The position numbers were made by a program, and so were the translations under genes. From Convolutriloba macropyga (taxonomy: Eukaryota), in the NCBI RefSeq assembly GCF_964194025.1, contig NC_134476.1, positions 17,484,001-17,548,000 on the forward strand: DNA of 64,000 nucleotides. Reading direction: 5' to 3'. The first letter of the stretch is position 1, and the number at the start of each line of letters is the position of its first letter. Below the pieces are notes generated by a model. That model saw only the letters and a program-made list of their open reading frames with translations. It was not told the DNA's origin and made no database searches. Of the stretch, positions 13,089 through 24,783 are shown piece by piece.

Positions 13089-14457
13089 AAAGGGACCAAC
13101 GGAGAAAGGGTTGCAGATTTTTGCAGCAAGTAAACTTGTCTTAGCTTTTGCATGAGCCTTTTTAGTTTCTTTGAAGACTAGAGCCGGCGAATTACTGAGC
13201 TCCATAGGGAGCTCACTTGACCTAGCCACCAAAGAAAAAACAAAGACCCTAAATAGCTAAAACTAATGCGCGAAGAGGCCATGAACAAATGTGGGGAGTT
13301 ATTGCGCTGCTCGAAGGGGTCACAAGCATGCGGGGGTTATCGCACTGAAAAAACAGACAAACATATAAATGAACATCTAAATGCACCATAAAAGAGGCAT
13401 AGAGAGGGGTTGGGGTTATAGCACTGAAGACAGAGAGAAAGAAAGCTTTTGACTGAAGAATCTTGCAAAGTATTGAATCAGCTTGCACGATTGTTGCAGT
13501 TTGTAAGTTCACTAATCACTAGGATACGTTTTGTAAACCACATTTGCTGAAAGCAGTGACAAAGAGAACATTGCATACAAAAAGTGGACAAATCGAAACA
13601 AAATTTGCTAAATCCTTGATGCAAATTTTAGTGACAGTAGAGCAATGTTTAAATTGACGACAAATCCATCTAAATAAAAGGACTAGATTAGAATCGGTGA
13701 CGCTATCAAAGGATTGGAATCAATAAACTTTCACCATTTTCGAACACCTAAAATGCGAAAACTGCCAACGTACAAACCAGCGTTTGAGCGTGTCACCATT
13801 TTTCACACTCGCATTCTTTCCTGGTCTTAGCACATATTTGCGGAAAACACCGACCATGCTGAGAATATATACTCATTACAATGAGGTTTTAGTATGGTGA
13901 TGGATTCAAATTTTTTCTTTTTCTATTTCTTAGTCAATTTCTAGGGAATTGAAATTGCTTTCAAATGTTTTGAACAAGAATCATATCTTGCAAACATAAT
14001 AGATTTCCCACATCGCAACAAGAGAGATTTTCCACGCCTTCAGTACATATCTACGAAAAAATGCAATAAAAAATTATTCATTGAAAGTTTTCACACTACA
14101 AATAGTTCTGTGAATTCGCTGGCATGATGACGAAGAAACCAGACAAAAAAGTTGCTATACAGAGTGCTGATTTTTGGTTGTTTGGAAAAGGAAATTTTAA
14201 GCAAAAGATGTACAAAACAATTGTTTTTATGTTTAAAGGTTCAATGATATAATTTATAAGGCACCAAAAGATAATAAAGACCTAAGTTTTGATAATTTTG
14301 CATAGTTACTGAAATCACAAACAGAAATAAATTTTTGTGTGGCATCTAAAAATCTGAAAATATCTCAAGCTTTCAAAAGCAAGGTTTTTCCTTTTCAATC
14401 TTTTTCTTTTTTCGAGCAACTTTAATTCTGTTTTTCAACTTTAATACAGTTTTTCTG

Positions 14458-14883
14458 CCCGGATTCTAGTGCCATAGTAAATCAGTGCTGAATCATTTTA
14501 TTCCAATTGTATATCACTAATATACACTAACTTTGTTAAACTATTTATGCATTTCCTCAAACTCGATAATCAGAAATGGTTTACTTTCTCCTTCGACAGG
14601 ACGCCCCAGAATGCCTGGTCCAGACATTTCATGAATGCACGCAAATTTTAGAAATCATTCTGAGAAAAAATTGATTCAGAGTATTCACAGTATGTTGTTT
14701 AAAATTGCCCAGAGCAAATCCAGAACTAGATTTTGTGCTGTTCAGAGTGTTTTCAGAGAGCTTGTTTTTACTATGATTTTTGTCTGAACAGTGTAAAAAG
14801 TGACATGATCATAATCTGATCATAGTAAAAATACAGACTGAGAATACCCTGATTTACAATGTTAGTATGAAGTATGATCCGGG
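14458..14883. mobile_element. MITE with CCC...GGG termini, TSD TG
   Basis: tg|CCCGGAT ... ATCCGGG|tg. Confidence 0.6.
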
Positions 14884-15572
14884 TGTCCACTTATCTAAAA
14901 TTATTTATGTTGACCTTTGTCACTCTTCGTCTCTTAGTCACTTAGTATTAAACTCAAGCTTTATTATCGAAAATCTTCTTTATATCACGGTAAACCCAGA
15001 GAGCCAATTCAATGATTTTTATTTATGGCAAAGATGGTCCCCTTGTGATACGCGAGTTTAAAACTTGTATGATTCTTGTACAAATCATGTCAGCAAGAGA
15101 TATCAATCAGGGCAGCATGTTACAAAGTACAGACATTCGAAACGATTACAAAATTGTTCCGTATGCCCTAAGAATAGATTGAAAGCTCTCAAGACCTTGC
15201 ATTAACCTTTTAAGAAGTGAATCTAGGCTAAAATCTGTCACCGTTTTTTAAAGTTCCAAAACAGCATATTCAAATTGTTTAAGTAATGTTGGGACCAATT
15301 TCTTAGCTTGAAAGAAAAACCATAAAGAGAATCAAAATGTTGCGGCAATCTTGTAAGATTTCTACGAGACTCTGAATTTAAGGAATTTAAGCAAAGTACA
15401 CTTGAAACATTGATAGAATATATGTAATCATTATAATTAAGTGGATGATTTGATCTATTTGGTTTCATGCCATTCCAATTCAGCCAGAGTGAGTAATCAT
15501 TTCTCGACCGCAACAAATTAAAGTATTAAAAAAAATAAAATTCTCCCAATTATTGCACAAATCTTATTTCAG

Positions 15573-15991
15573 GACCTAATCGATAAGCCAGGAAAGAGTG
15601 GCACTCAGATCCTTGGCCGCACATTCAATCTCGGCACTGAAGAACTCAAAACGCCCGAATTCTGGAGAGCTGGTCTGGGGGAGTTCATGGGAAGCTTCCT
15701 ATTCCTTCTAACATGTTTGGTTCCAATCTGGAGTCCAGATTCCCTCGTGGCCAGTGCTTTCGGAACCGGACTTACGTTTACTGTATTGGTCCAGATGTTC
15801 GATTCCGTCTCCGGTGGCCACATTAACCCGTCGATAACCCTGTCGCTTCTGATGAACGGGCAAATTCCTATTATTAAGGGTGCAATGTATATAAGTGTCC
15901 AAATGCTTGGGGGTGTAGCTGGCTCTGCATTTGTGAATTGGTCAACTGAAGACTTTCCAAAGGAAACTCCTGGTGAAGATGTTTTTGACAG
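15573..15991 (+). CDS. Aquaporin A, exon encoding TM1-TM3 and first NPA box (NPS)
   Basis: Acceptor tttcag|GAC (phase 0). Translation DLIDKPGKSGTQILGRTFNLGTEELKTPEFWRAGLGEFMGSFLF...SGGHINPSIT...YISVQMLGG carries the MIP family signature. Donor AG|GTTAAT, phase 2. Confidence 0.93.
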
Positions 15992-16505
15992 GTTAATTCC
16001 AGCCAGCTGTAGTAAACATGTTTATTTGCTGTTTTTTTGTAGATTTTTTACTCATTTTTCAATTAAATTTGAGAAATTGGGGATAGCATACTTCAAATTG
16101 AGGATTTTGTTGAACAATTTGCGCCACATTCTTACAAACAGACTTGTTTACTGTCTGTTGTCAAAGTTTTTTAAGAAGCCCATTTCCTGACACAATTGTG
16201 CTGGATAAATTATTTCAGTCAAAATAGACAACAGAAAGTCAGTTTCCTCCAGAACTGCAAATTATTCGTTTCTGGACAAAACTTTTTGTTGTGATATTTG
16301 CTTCTGGTAATTTTTTGGAGAAATTTGCGCATTATAATTTATTCGTGGCAAAAACTATAATAACTTTTAGTTCGTAGAATTATGTTAGTTATGTTAAATT
16401 ACTTAAATTGCCAAAAAAAAATCTTTAATTTGCAAAATCTGAACTTCTAAAGCTTTAGAAAGATGATAGTTAAATAAAAGCTGACAAGCAGAATCAAAAA
16501 GGTCA

Positions 16506-19084
16506 TTTTTTTTTGTTCCGACCCTCTTGAGGGGGGAGGAACTATATACTCAAATGGGTTTTTTTTGTTCCGTGAATTTTCGCCGATCGATATATTCATC
16601 GTAGAGAGTTGAGACTGGTATCATTAGAAAGCTCGTCCAGCGTAGAATATGGAATTAAAAAGATTTTTTAAATTTTCGTTTTCTACAGGGAGTTATCGAG
16701 GTTTAAACTTATGAGAAAAGTAGAGTGAATTCACGTTGTGTTTATTCACTTTTTCCGGAATTTTCGCCTAAATTTTCGTCAATTTTGCTAAAATTCAATA
16801 AAATTTTTGAGAATAGTGTCGTTAACTATATTATTAAAGACAAACAAGCATTGTTGATTGTTTTGATTTAATTTTTCGGAAAAAAATTCTGGATAAATAT
16901 TACAAAATTCAGCTTGTTTCATCAAAAAACGGCACGAAATAAGCTACTTTAGTCCACTTTGATTAAATTTGCCTGCAGTACAGCCCCAAACAATACTCAT
17001 ACAATCTTTGTATACTCAGAAGGGGGCTATTCCTACTTCGTCGTCCGTTGAGGGTGCTCTGTAATTAAAACTTCGCCGTTTTTTGCTAACTTTACTCGTT
17101 GGTTTTCAGAAATGAAGAATTTAATTTTGAGTTTTCAACGAACAAATTATCTATATCTACAACATTCGAAAAATCAATTGTCCCTAACGGACAATAAGCA
17201 ATAGAGCAGGGCTAGTTTTGGGTCAATCTTGGACTGTTACAATCCAAAAAGAAGTCGGATTGCAATCAGTCGGTCTTTTTTTTTTGAAAAAAAGACATCT
17301 TTTTTAAATAAAAAGGAACAGAACATATCAAATCAAAGCGCAGGAGTGGTAGGTCTATTTGGTTTTCTAAGGAGCTCCAAGCTAATGCATTTAAATTTTT
17401 ACCTGAAGTTTATGGTCATTTCGACCTTTAAAAATAATTGATTTTCAAATAAATAATGGCTTAATTAACTTTTCCTCTATATTTTTTCTTAATTTGTTCA
17501 ACTTCTAGCTTAGTGTCAGCAAAGAAAGAATATTTCTTCATTCTACTGATTTGAAGTGTAGTCTCGGTTGTGGTTCTAAGCCTGAAGTAATTCTTTTCTG
17601 GCTTTGATACTACTAGATTTCAGTTTTTTGTTTTAATATATTTGCCAGTTTTTTCACGTTTTTCTAGTTTTGGCAACTTATCACATTATTGACAGTTCTC
17701 ATATCACATTATAAGCATTCAAAATATATCATAATTGCACTTATTAAAATGCTGAACAACATAGAATACCGTTTTGACAGCACCGACAGCTCTTTCTTGA
17801 AGAAATTAATTGAAATTTTGTCTTTAACTGTCATTTTTACATTGTCGCTTGGGTCGTATGAAATTTTCTGTAAATGGTTAGGTTTCATCGGTTTTTCTTG
17901 GACAAATTGATGAGCAGATCTTCTGATATTAGTACGTAGCTGATGGCTTCCATGACTTTGAAAAAAATTCTTTAACATAACTAAAAAAAATTTTTAACTT
18001 CGCAATTTTGTTCTTTTTAAATTTCTTTTTGTTACCTGATCTTGTTAGTTAAATACAGGTCAAATATGACATTATGGGTGACAAGGGAAGGTGTCAAAGG
18101 GGATCGATGTCCCAAAATCTATTTTTTTGTATTCGTTGTTTTTTTTGTATTCGTTATGACCTTACTGGCTTCGACACCGGTTTTTCACAAAAAAAGTAAA
18201 TTAATTTGGTTTTTGTCATACTTGACGTTGTTTTTGTACACGCAAGAAAAAATCTGGATATTTGCAGGTCTCATGGCTTCCTGTGGATGAATAAGTGACC
18301 CTATTTAAATAGTTCTTGTTGTAATTAATGTCTTTCATGACTTTGGATGTAATTTTGCTTTGAAAAAAAAATCAAAACTATTACATACTTTTACGTTTCG
18401 CTTTTTTGTCAACTTGTTACCTAGTCTTACTAATGAATGGCCATATACTACTTTGTCGCCATATACTACTTTCTGGCCATATACTACTACAGTTTCTAAT
18501 GCCCTTCTTTAGTAGAATTGGTGATCGTAAACCTTTGGAATATTTTTTTTGGTTTCTAGTGTTTTTATTAATTTGAATTTAATTGTTTAAAAAAAGCGAA
18601 TTTTTTAGCTTTTTTGTTTTTGCTCTTTTTTGTCTAATTGTTACCAAAACTTTTATGGACTGGTCCCAATTATTTTCTGGTGATTTATAAGTTATTTTGT
18701 TGAGTTTTAGCTTTATCTGATGGTATGTTAACTTTGTTATTAAATTTCTTTTTTTTCAAAACGGACATAAATTTTTTGATGTAATTAATGTTTGTTGTTG
18801 TTTGATTTTGCTGTTCAACTTGACTCGCTTTCTTAATATTGGCATATCACAGCAATCAATTGCATCAATTTTTGCTCCTCTGAGTTATTTGCTTATTATC
18901 TTATCGTTTATACACAATATTTTTTGAAAATTACTTGCGCTTTTTTGAGTTTTTTGGGATTCCCAAAAACATAATTTTTGTGTTTTTCTATCTGTTCCTC
19001 ATTTGGTAGACAATTATGCCAAAATTGTGGAGGGGCGGGGTCGGAACCTTATGTGCCATCGCACATTACCGAGCCGCCTTGTTT
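16506..19084 (+). mobile_element. Helentron/HINE-like element, copy 2 (in aquaporin A intron)
   Basis: T-run plus GTTCCGACCC at 16515-16524, GGGTCGGAAC at 19038-19047, hairpin at 19051-19066, and CCGCCTTGTTT end. Confidence 0.7.
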
Positions 19085-20029
19085 ATATATAAAATGGAAA
19101 GAAGAAAATGTTTAGACTGAGAAATTTTGTGGATAGATTTTTTCTCTCGCTTCTCTTCTCGTTTATTATGATATTCCAAGAAGAAAACATGGAAAAGAAA
19201 AAAAACTAAAACAGATTACGTTTATTTTTTCCAATCTTGAAAGTCATTAAAGCAAAGAAATGAGAAGTATAACAAGCGACTCAATAACTAATAGACAACA
19301 AAATCGGAAAATTGTCAAAGATTATAGGAAGTCATTTTGAGTTCCATCCTTGTAAATGTTAGTTTTAAAATATCATTGAATCGAGGACAATGAAATGTTA
19401 GAAGTTCATTAGACAACTAGCAAATTAGGAAAAGAAAGTAATGAGCGTATCTTAAAATTAATGTGTATACGTAAGCCCCTGTTGATTGTTTTAATCGTTG
19501 CCAAAATATTATAAACTGGTACGAAAATTTACCGTGTTTTTATTAAACACACAATATAGGGCGGGTTGGGGCAACATTGTTCATCAATCCAAAGGTATTA
19601 TACTCCGATATATAAACTCAACTCTTTTTAACAATTTTGGTTTGCTTGTAGAGTCAATTCATGTCGCTTTGAGTTAGTACCCCCAACCTTCTATCGTTTT
19701 CTCGGGTTTCTGATACGATTGGTTCAAAGATTGCCAAATAAAGTTAAATATTGTGGATTTTTGTTCTAAGGTTTTTCTTTTTACCAGCGTCCTTAGTTTT
19801 TTGTATTCAATCCAAAAACTTTTTCTGCAATATTAGGACCATAAATATACATTAGGATCATAAAGTACATTTAGGACTATAATTAAGATTCAGAAAATTG
19901 AACATATTCATCTACTTATATTCATCATAGTTTTTCTACAAAAAAGTGGGGACATTTAAAGAAACATTTGTTCGTCGAATTTTTAAAACACAACAAGAAT
20001 TGCAAAGTGCAATGATGTGTCAGGGATAA

Positions 20030-21430
20030 AATAGGAGTTTTCCAAGTTTCATTATATGAATTGTAGAAACCTCAATAGTAAACATGAGCAATTGTCTCGT
20101 TTTTTGGAAAACTTTGATGAAATTTAATTCCTAGTTGTTTTTGAAACATGAATAAATAAACAACTGACAATCCCCAGTTTTTCTATGGTATAGTCATCAA
20201 GTTATTGACTAGAGCACATCATCATTCCCTAATGTTTAAAGAGCTGGAGCGTTAGTTATTTGGGCTTCCAGGCACTTTATAATAAAAATCAGAAATGAGT
20301 TGAACACAAACAATCAAAGTTTTTCTGAGGATGTGGACAAAAATTAGTAAGTCTTCAAAATCAAAACAACTCGTTAATTTAGCGCACTACCCCAATGTAA
20401 TCTTCTCTAATTTTTCTCTGGTTGAAAGGACTGTAGACATCTCAAAATTTTACTCGTATACAAACTATCTAATTATGTTCGAAGATTACAAAAAAAACAT
20501 GTTAGGTGCAAAAAGTAGACAGTCACCTGATATTTTCATAGCAAACAATGGGCTATGTTACATTAATCAAACGGAGGCAGCACAGACAAACAGTGAAACA
20601 AATTCCTTAATTGACCACTGTTTTATTTTGAAAAATCATATTTTTGAAGTCGAATTTCTAGAGTCGATTCTTCGAGTTCATCACTTCATTTTTGTATCTC
20701 AGTCATCAACAAAGATAGATCACAATCATAAGAAAAGATGATTTCAGACGTAACATCATTTTTATCCAAGACGAAATTTCAACCAACACATCGCGCTGCA
20801 AGATTGGTGAAGATCAATGCATCAAATAAATGAGCCTGACAAAATTCTGAAATTCATCGAAACTTTTAAACATACTATGAACTGTTCACCCTTAAAGCAG
20901 CGAAAAGGCTGCAAGAATCAGATCAAAAAACTTGGGTCGCCATCAAGTACCGTTAAAAACAAGAACTTTTTTTTTAAATCATTCGTGTTATCTCATTTAG
21001 ATTATAGTGCTATTTTTTTCCAAAATGCTCTATCTTACTCTATCGGCAGAATTAACAAACAGATTAACTGGGTCATAAAATTTTGCTTTCTGAAAACCAA
21101 GTATAATTCTGCCGGAGATCTGCTTCTAGAGACTTAAATCCAAATAACAAGATCAGTGAATATTTTTTTCAATTTTCTTCAAAAAAATGAAAACACTCTA
21201 AAAAACATTTCAGAATTTTTAGAAACGTGCCATTTATTGTAAACAATGAAGACATAACCTTTTCTTAGAACCGAAATGTAAGTCAGAATGGATCAATGGT
21301 TCAACAGTTGGTAACTTTTTTTCGAAAATAGAACGCACTTCCAATTACAATTAGAAAAGAAACGTCTAAGACAAATCTAACAAAAAATTATAGCAAAAAT
21401 TCTTAAGCCATACGAAATGTTTAATTTATT
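20030..21430 (+). pseudogene. Internally deleted, decayed LINE (L2/CR1-group) remnant in aquaporin A intron
   Basis: APE endonuclease-like pieces (FHYMNCRNLNSKHEQL; TNSETNSLIDHCF) are followed by a post-RT piece (FFKSFVLSHLDYSAIFF). Many stops; RT core is missing. Confidence 0.6.
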
Positions 21431-22069
21431 TCAATAGACAGAAGGGTAGCAGAAGTAACACACCTTTTTTATTATTTGTTTCAAGAAAACCGAACCTTAG
21501 TTTGTTATTAATTAGAAAATAATAGTGTTTGATATATATTTTTCCAACATGTAGCAATAACCAAGTGGTTTTTATTTAGATCCTTCGTCTTCTGTATTCA
21601 TTGCCAAAACGTTTTCTGCAATATTAGGACCATGAGATAATTCACTCACAAAAATTTTTTTATGTGCCTCTGAATTGTTTTATTCGCCATATGGATTTTA
21701 TTTTACTTAAATAAAACACACGATCAATAATATCTTTTCCCTAATAAATAAATAATAACTCAAAGGCGGAATAACCAATAGCGAAATCCGATTTGAAGTG
21801 CTCTCTTGAAATGCATTAGGATTGCAAACAGGAGTACTATGACTAGTCCAAGTAAATTTACTCGCCTCTCAGGTTTACATATTCGAGTCCGGTGACGCGT
21901 TGTTATCAATTCTTCTCTGTGTATAAGTAATATCAATGACAATTTATTTCGTGGTCAAAATAACTGCAATTAACTTAAAAAAATTTTTTTAATGAAATTA
22001 AAGTTAATTTGGATTATTTTTTCGTTTTGCCTTATAGATTATTTTTCAAGTTATTGTTTGTTTGACCAG

Positions 22070-22151
22070 GTGCATTCCGAAAATGATTGATGGGTACGAA
22101 ACACAGGGAGCTGTTTTCGAATTCCTCTTCACGTCAATAATTTCCATGCTG
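22070..22151 (+). CDS. Aquaporin A, exon encoding loop C end and TM4 ((R)CIPKMIDGYETQGAVFEFLFTSIISML)
   Basis: Acceptor tttgaccag|G completes the phase-2 AG+G codon. Contains the QGxxxExxxT TM4 motif of MIPs. Donor CTG|GTAGGA is phase 0, matching the next exon. Not in the ORF track. Confidence 0.9.
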
Positions 22152-22226
22152 GTAGGAACTGCTTCTATTTACTCAATAATACTAAAGCTTGTACTGGTTT
22201 GATAACAGTTTGTTTGGTTATCACAA

Positions 22227-23043
22227 CCCGTACTCTACCTCCAGAGCGGATCCGAACTGAAACAGAGTAAATTCAGGGAAACTCTCAGAGCTGGATCAGA
22301 GTCTGATCAGGTCACTTTTTACGCTTTTCAGAGTAGCTCCAGAGTATAAGTATGCAGTTACCCTTGACAGAAGAGCTCCCAGAGTAGTCCTATTCTGGGC
22401 TATCCTTGACAGAGCTGGCTCAGAGCAGGCCTACTCTGGGACAACTCTTGACAGAGCTGGCTCAGAGCAGGCCTACTCTGGGATAACTCCTGACAGAGCT
22501 GGCTCACAACAGGCCTACTCTGGGACAACTCTTGACAGAGCTGGCTCATAGCAGGCCTACTCTGGGACAAATCTGTCTGATTTCTTGGTCACTGTATAAT
22601 TTCGGTCTGTTCAGAGGTCATTTTCGTCTGGCAAGGTCTGATCAGAGACAGTTTTGGACGCATTCGAGTGCACACGCTGTTTTGAGCGCACTTTAGTTTG
22701 ACCAGTGGACACTTTTTTCTGGGATGGTCTGATCAGAGGTTTCTATCGGATGGCCCCTCAACCTGGGACCCACTCACATTTCGACGCGCGCGTTGTACTC
22801 TGCTATTAGTTTTATTCTGTGATCAATTCTGTCAAAACTGACGGAAGAGTAGACCTACTCTGTGATCAACTCTTATCAAGACAGACTCCAGAGTAGACCT
22901 ACCCTGTGTTCTACTCTGTTAAGACAATACCCAGAGTTGAGAGGTCTCCTACTCTGGGGGAGCTCTGTTCCAGCTCTGATAGTGCACCTAACGCTGGAAT
23001 TACCCTGCTCCAGCTCTGATCTACTCTGGAGGTTCGGTACGGG
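22227..23043. mobile_element. MITE with ~26-bp TIRs, CCC...GGG termini, TSD AA; fills most of the last aquaporin A intron
   Basis: aa|CCCGTACTCTACCTCCAGAGCGGATC ... GATCTACTCTGGAGGTTCGGTACGGG|aa. Confidence 0.75.
22360..22570. repeat. ~42-bp minisatellite (~5 units) within MITE
   Basis: Unit approximately CTTGACAGAGCTGGCTCAGAGCAGGCCTACTCTGGGACAACT. Confidence 0.85.
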
Positions 23044-23232
23044 AAACTCTAATAACCTTTCCTGAACGCTTTGCACTTTTCAAAAATAATTTCAGGTGAG
23101 ATATTGTTTTAGTGATACTGATATGGGATTAAACTATCAAAAGAATAGAGATTTTGCCCTGTATTCCAGAGTAATTAAATCTGGCCGCTAGAAGGCACAA
23201 TAGATGTACATATTGTTTTTTTCCATATTCAG

Positions 23233-23544
23233 GTGCTGCGATGCAATGATCCAGCGCAACCAGTCAAAAAGGGAACCAGTGCTCTGGCTATTGGAACAGT
23301 TGTGACCATTGCTAATTTCAGTCTAAAACCAATCACTGGTGCACCAGTAAATCCAGCTCGCTTTGTTGGACCCGCAATTGTGGGCAAACGTTGGGGCGAT
23401 TTTCGTTACTATCTTACGTCAGAATTCTCATCTTCGATTGTAACCCCTTTTATTTACAGTCCTCTGTTAACTCAAATGAAGACTCCAGGTTCATCTGGAT
23501 TTGATCTCTCACAGTATAATCCATTGAAAAAATTCATGCGATAG
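23233..23544 (+). CDS. Aquaporin A, terminal exon: TM5, second NPA (NPAR), TM6, stop
   Basis: Acceptor atattcag|GTG (phase 0). Translation VLRCND...ALAIG...ITGAPVNPARFVGPAIV...stop TAG. Confidence 0.93.
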   Translation: MLRCNDPAQPVKKGTSALAIGTVVTIANFSLKPITGAPVNPARFVGPAIVGKRWGDFRYYLTSEFSSSIVTPFIYSPLLTQMKTPGSSGFDLSQYNPLKKFMR

Positions 23545-24167
23545 AAGTTGTTTTCAAAAGCAGAAAATTGACTCGTTTTGATACTTAGAAATTCTGAGAA
23601 ATTATCAAAAAATATGAAATATGTGGGTCTTTGATTTATATTATTTACCCTTCATCAAAAACGCTTTACATATTATTTTCTATAAAAATGGGCTTCTGCT
23701 GAGAAGCAAGGCGTTTGACCGTTGATTCGAACCTTCCAGGCACTATTCGTTCATATACATTTTGCATACATACGGAACAAAACCAAACGAGTAAAATATG
23801 AGCCAGAGAAGTTGTCAAAAGGCGAATTCTGTCATTCAAAAAGAAAATTAAGAAAAACATAAACGCTGATGTAAATATGAAATATAGATGTATGCCTTTA
23901 GTTGCACCATACCAACACCCCAGAGTAGAGATAGCATAAGTCTACCCAGGTTGAGTTCCCAGACGGAAGCAAGTATAACCAGACCGAAGATGAACGCACG
24001 AGGGGGGCGTCGTGCGTTCAAAGTTACATCGTCTAGAAACATTAGCATCTGCTTTCGACATCCACTCACTTTTGAGTTAGGAGCGGTATAATTTTGGTAT
24101 ATTTATTTGTTAATTTAGTTTACTGCTATTTTAGTTCTGATAGATTTCAGTTTACAGGTTTTCCGAG

Positions 24168-24783
24168 CCCGGGTCGAGATTTTGGGGTAAATTTTTGTAA
24201 GAAATGCGGTGAATGCGGTGAATTTTTGTAAGAAATGCGGTGATTGCGGTGAATGCGGTGAAAATAAATATTTCACCGCATTTCACCGCATTTCTTACAA
24301 AAATTCATCGCAAAATTCACCGCATTTCGTACAAAAAATAACCACATCGACTACTGTGGCAAAATAATGTAAGAGATGCGGTGAAAGCGGTGAATGCGGT
24401 AAAAAAAATAATTCATCACATTTCACCGCATTTCTTACAAAAATTCAAGACGAAATTCACCGCTTTTCTTACAAAAATTCACCGCATATGATTTCCAAAG
24501 TTTACTCAATCTGATTTAAATTCACAAGAAATTTAAAAGATGTACGTAACAGTTGGCGCAGTGGACTAAGCAGTGGAAGGCATGCAGGATGTCAGAGGTT
24601 CGAGCCCGTGTGGGGACGATTCTTTTTTGTAAGAATTTTGAATACGTGGTGAAAATAAATAATTCACCACGATTCACCGCATTCACCGCAAAAAGATGTA
24701 AGAAATACGCGGTGAAAATTATTTTTTTTCACCGCATTTCACCGCATTTCTTACAAAAATTCACCGCCAAACCTCGACTTGGG
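24168..24783. mobile_element. Foldback/MITE rich in TTCACCGC repeats with a tRNA-like core, copy 1, TSD AG
   Basis: ag|CCCGGGTCGAG ... CTCGACTTGGG|ag, with dense GCGGTGAA/TTCACCGC subrepeats and A-box/B-box-like sequences at 24553-24618. Confidence 0.75.

Noticed and set aside
15992-16190. C-terminal part of ORF 15687..16190 (and likewise 63031..63067)
   Set aside because: Read-through into intron past the phase-2 donor; MIP similarity resumes at 22070.
22360-22570. Regular repeats here and at 48704-48901 as possible CRISPR arrays
   Set aside because: Head-to-tail units without unique spacers, in a eukaryotic context with no cas genes.
23666-24069. Hydrophobic minus-strand ORFs as a membrane-protein gene
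   Set aside because: Two short frames with no family motif or supported splice structure; hydrophobicity is explained by T-richness.
24553-24618. Functional tRNA gene
   Set aside because: A and B boxes are present, but I could not fold a convincing acceptor or anticodon stem, and it is embedded in a repeat.
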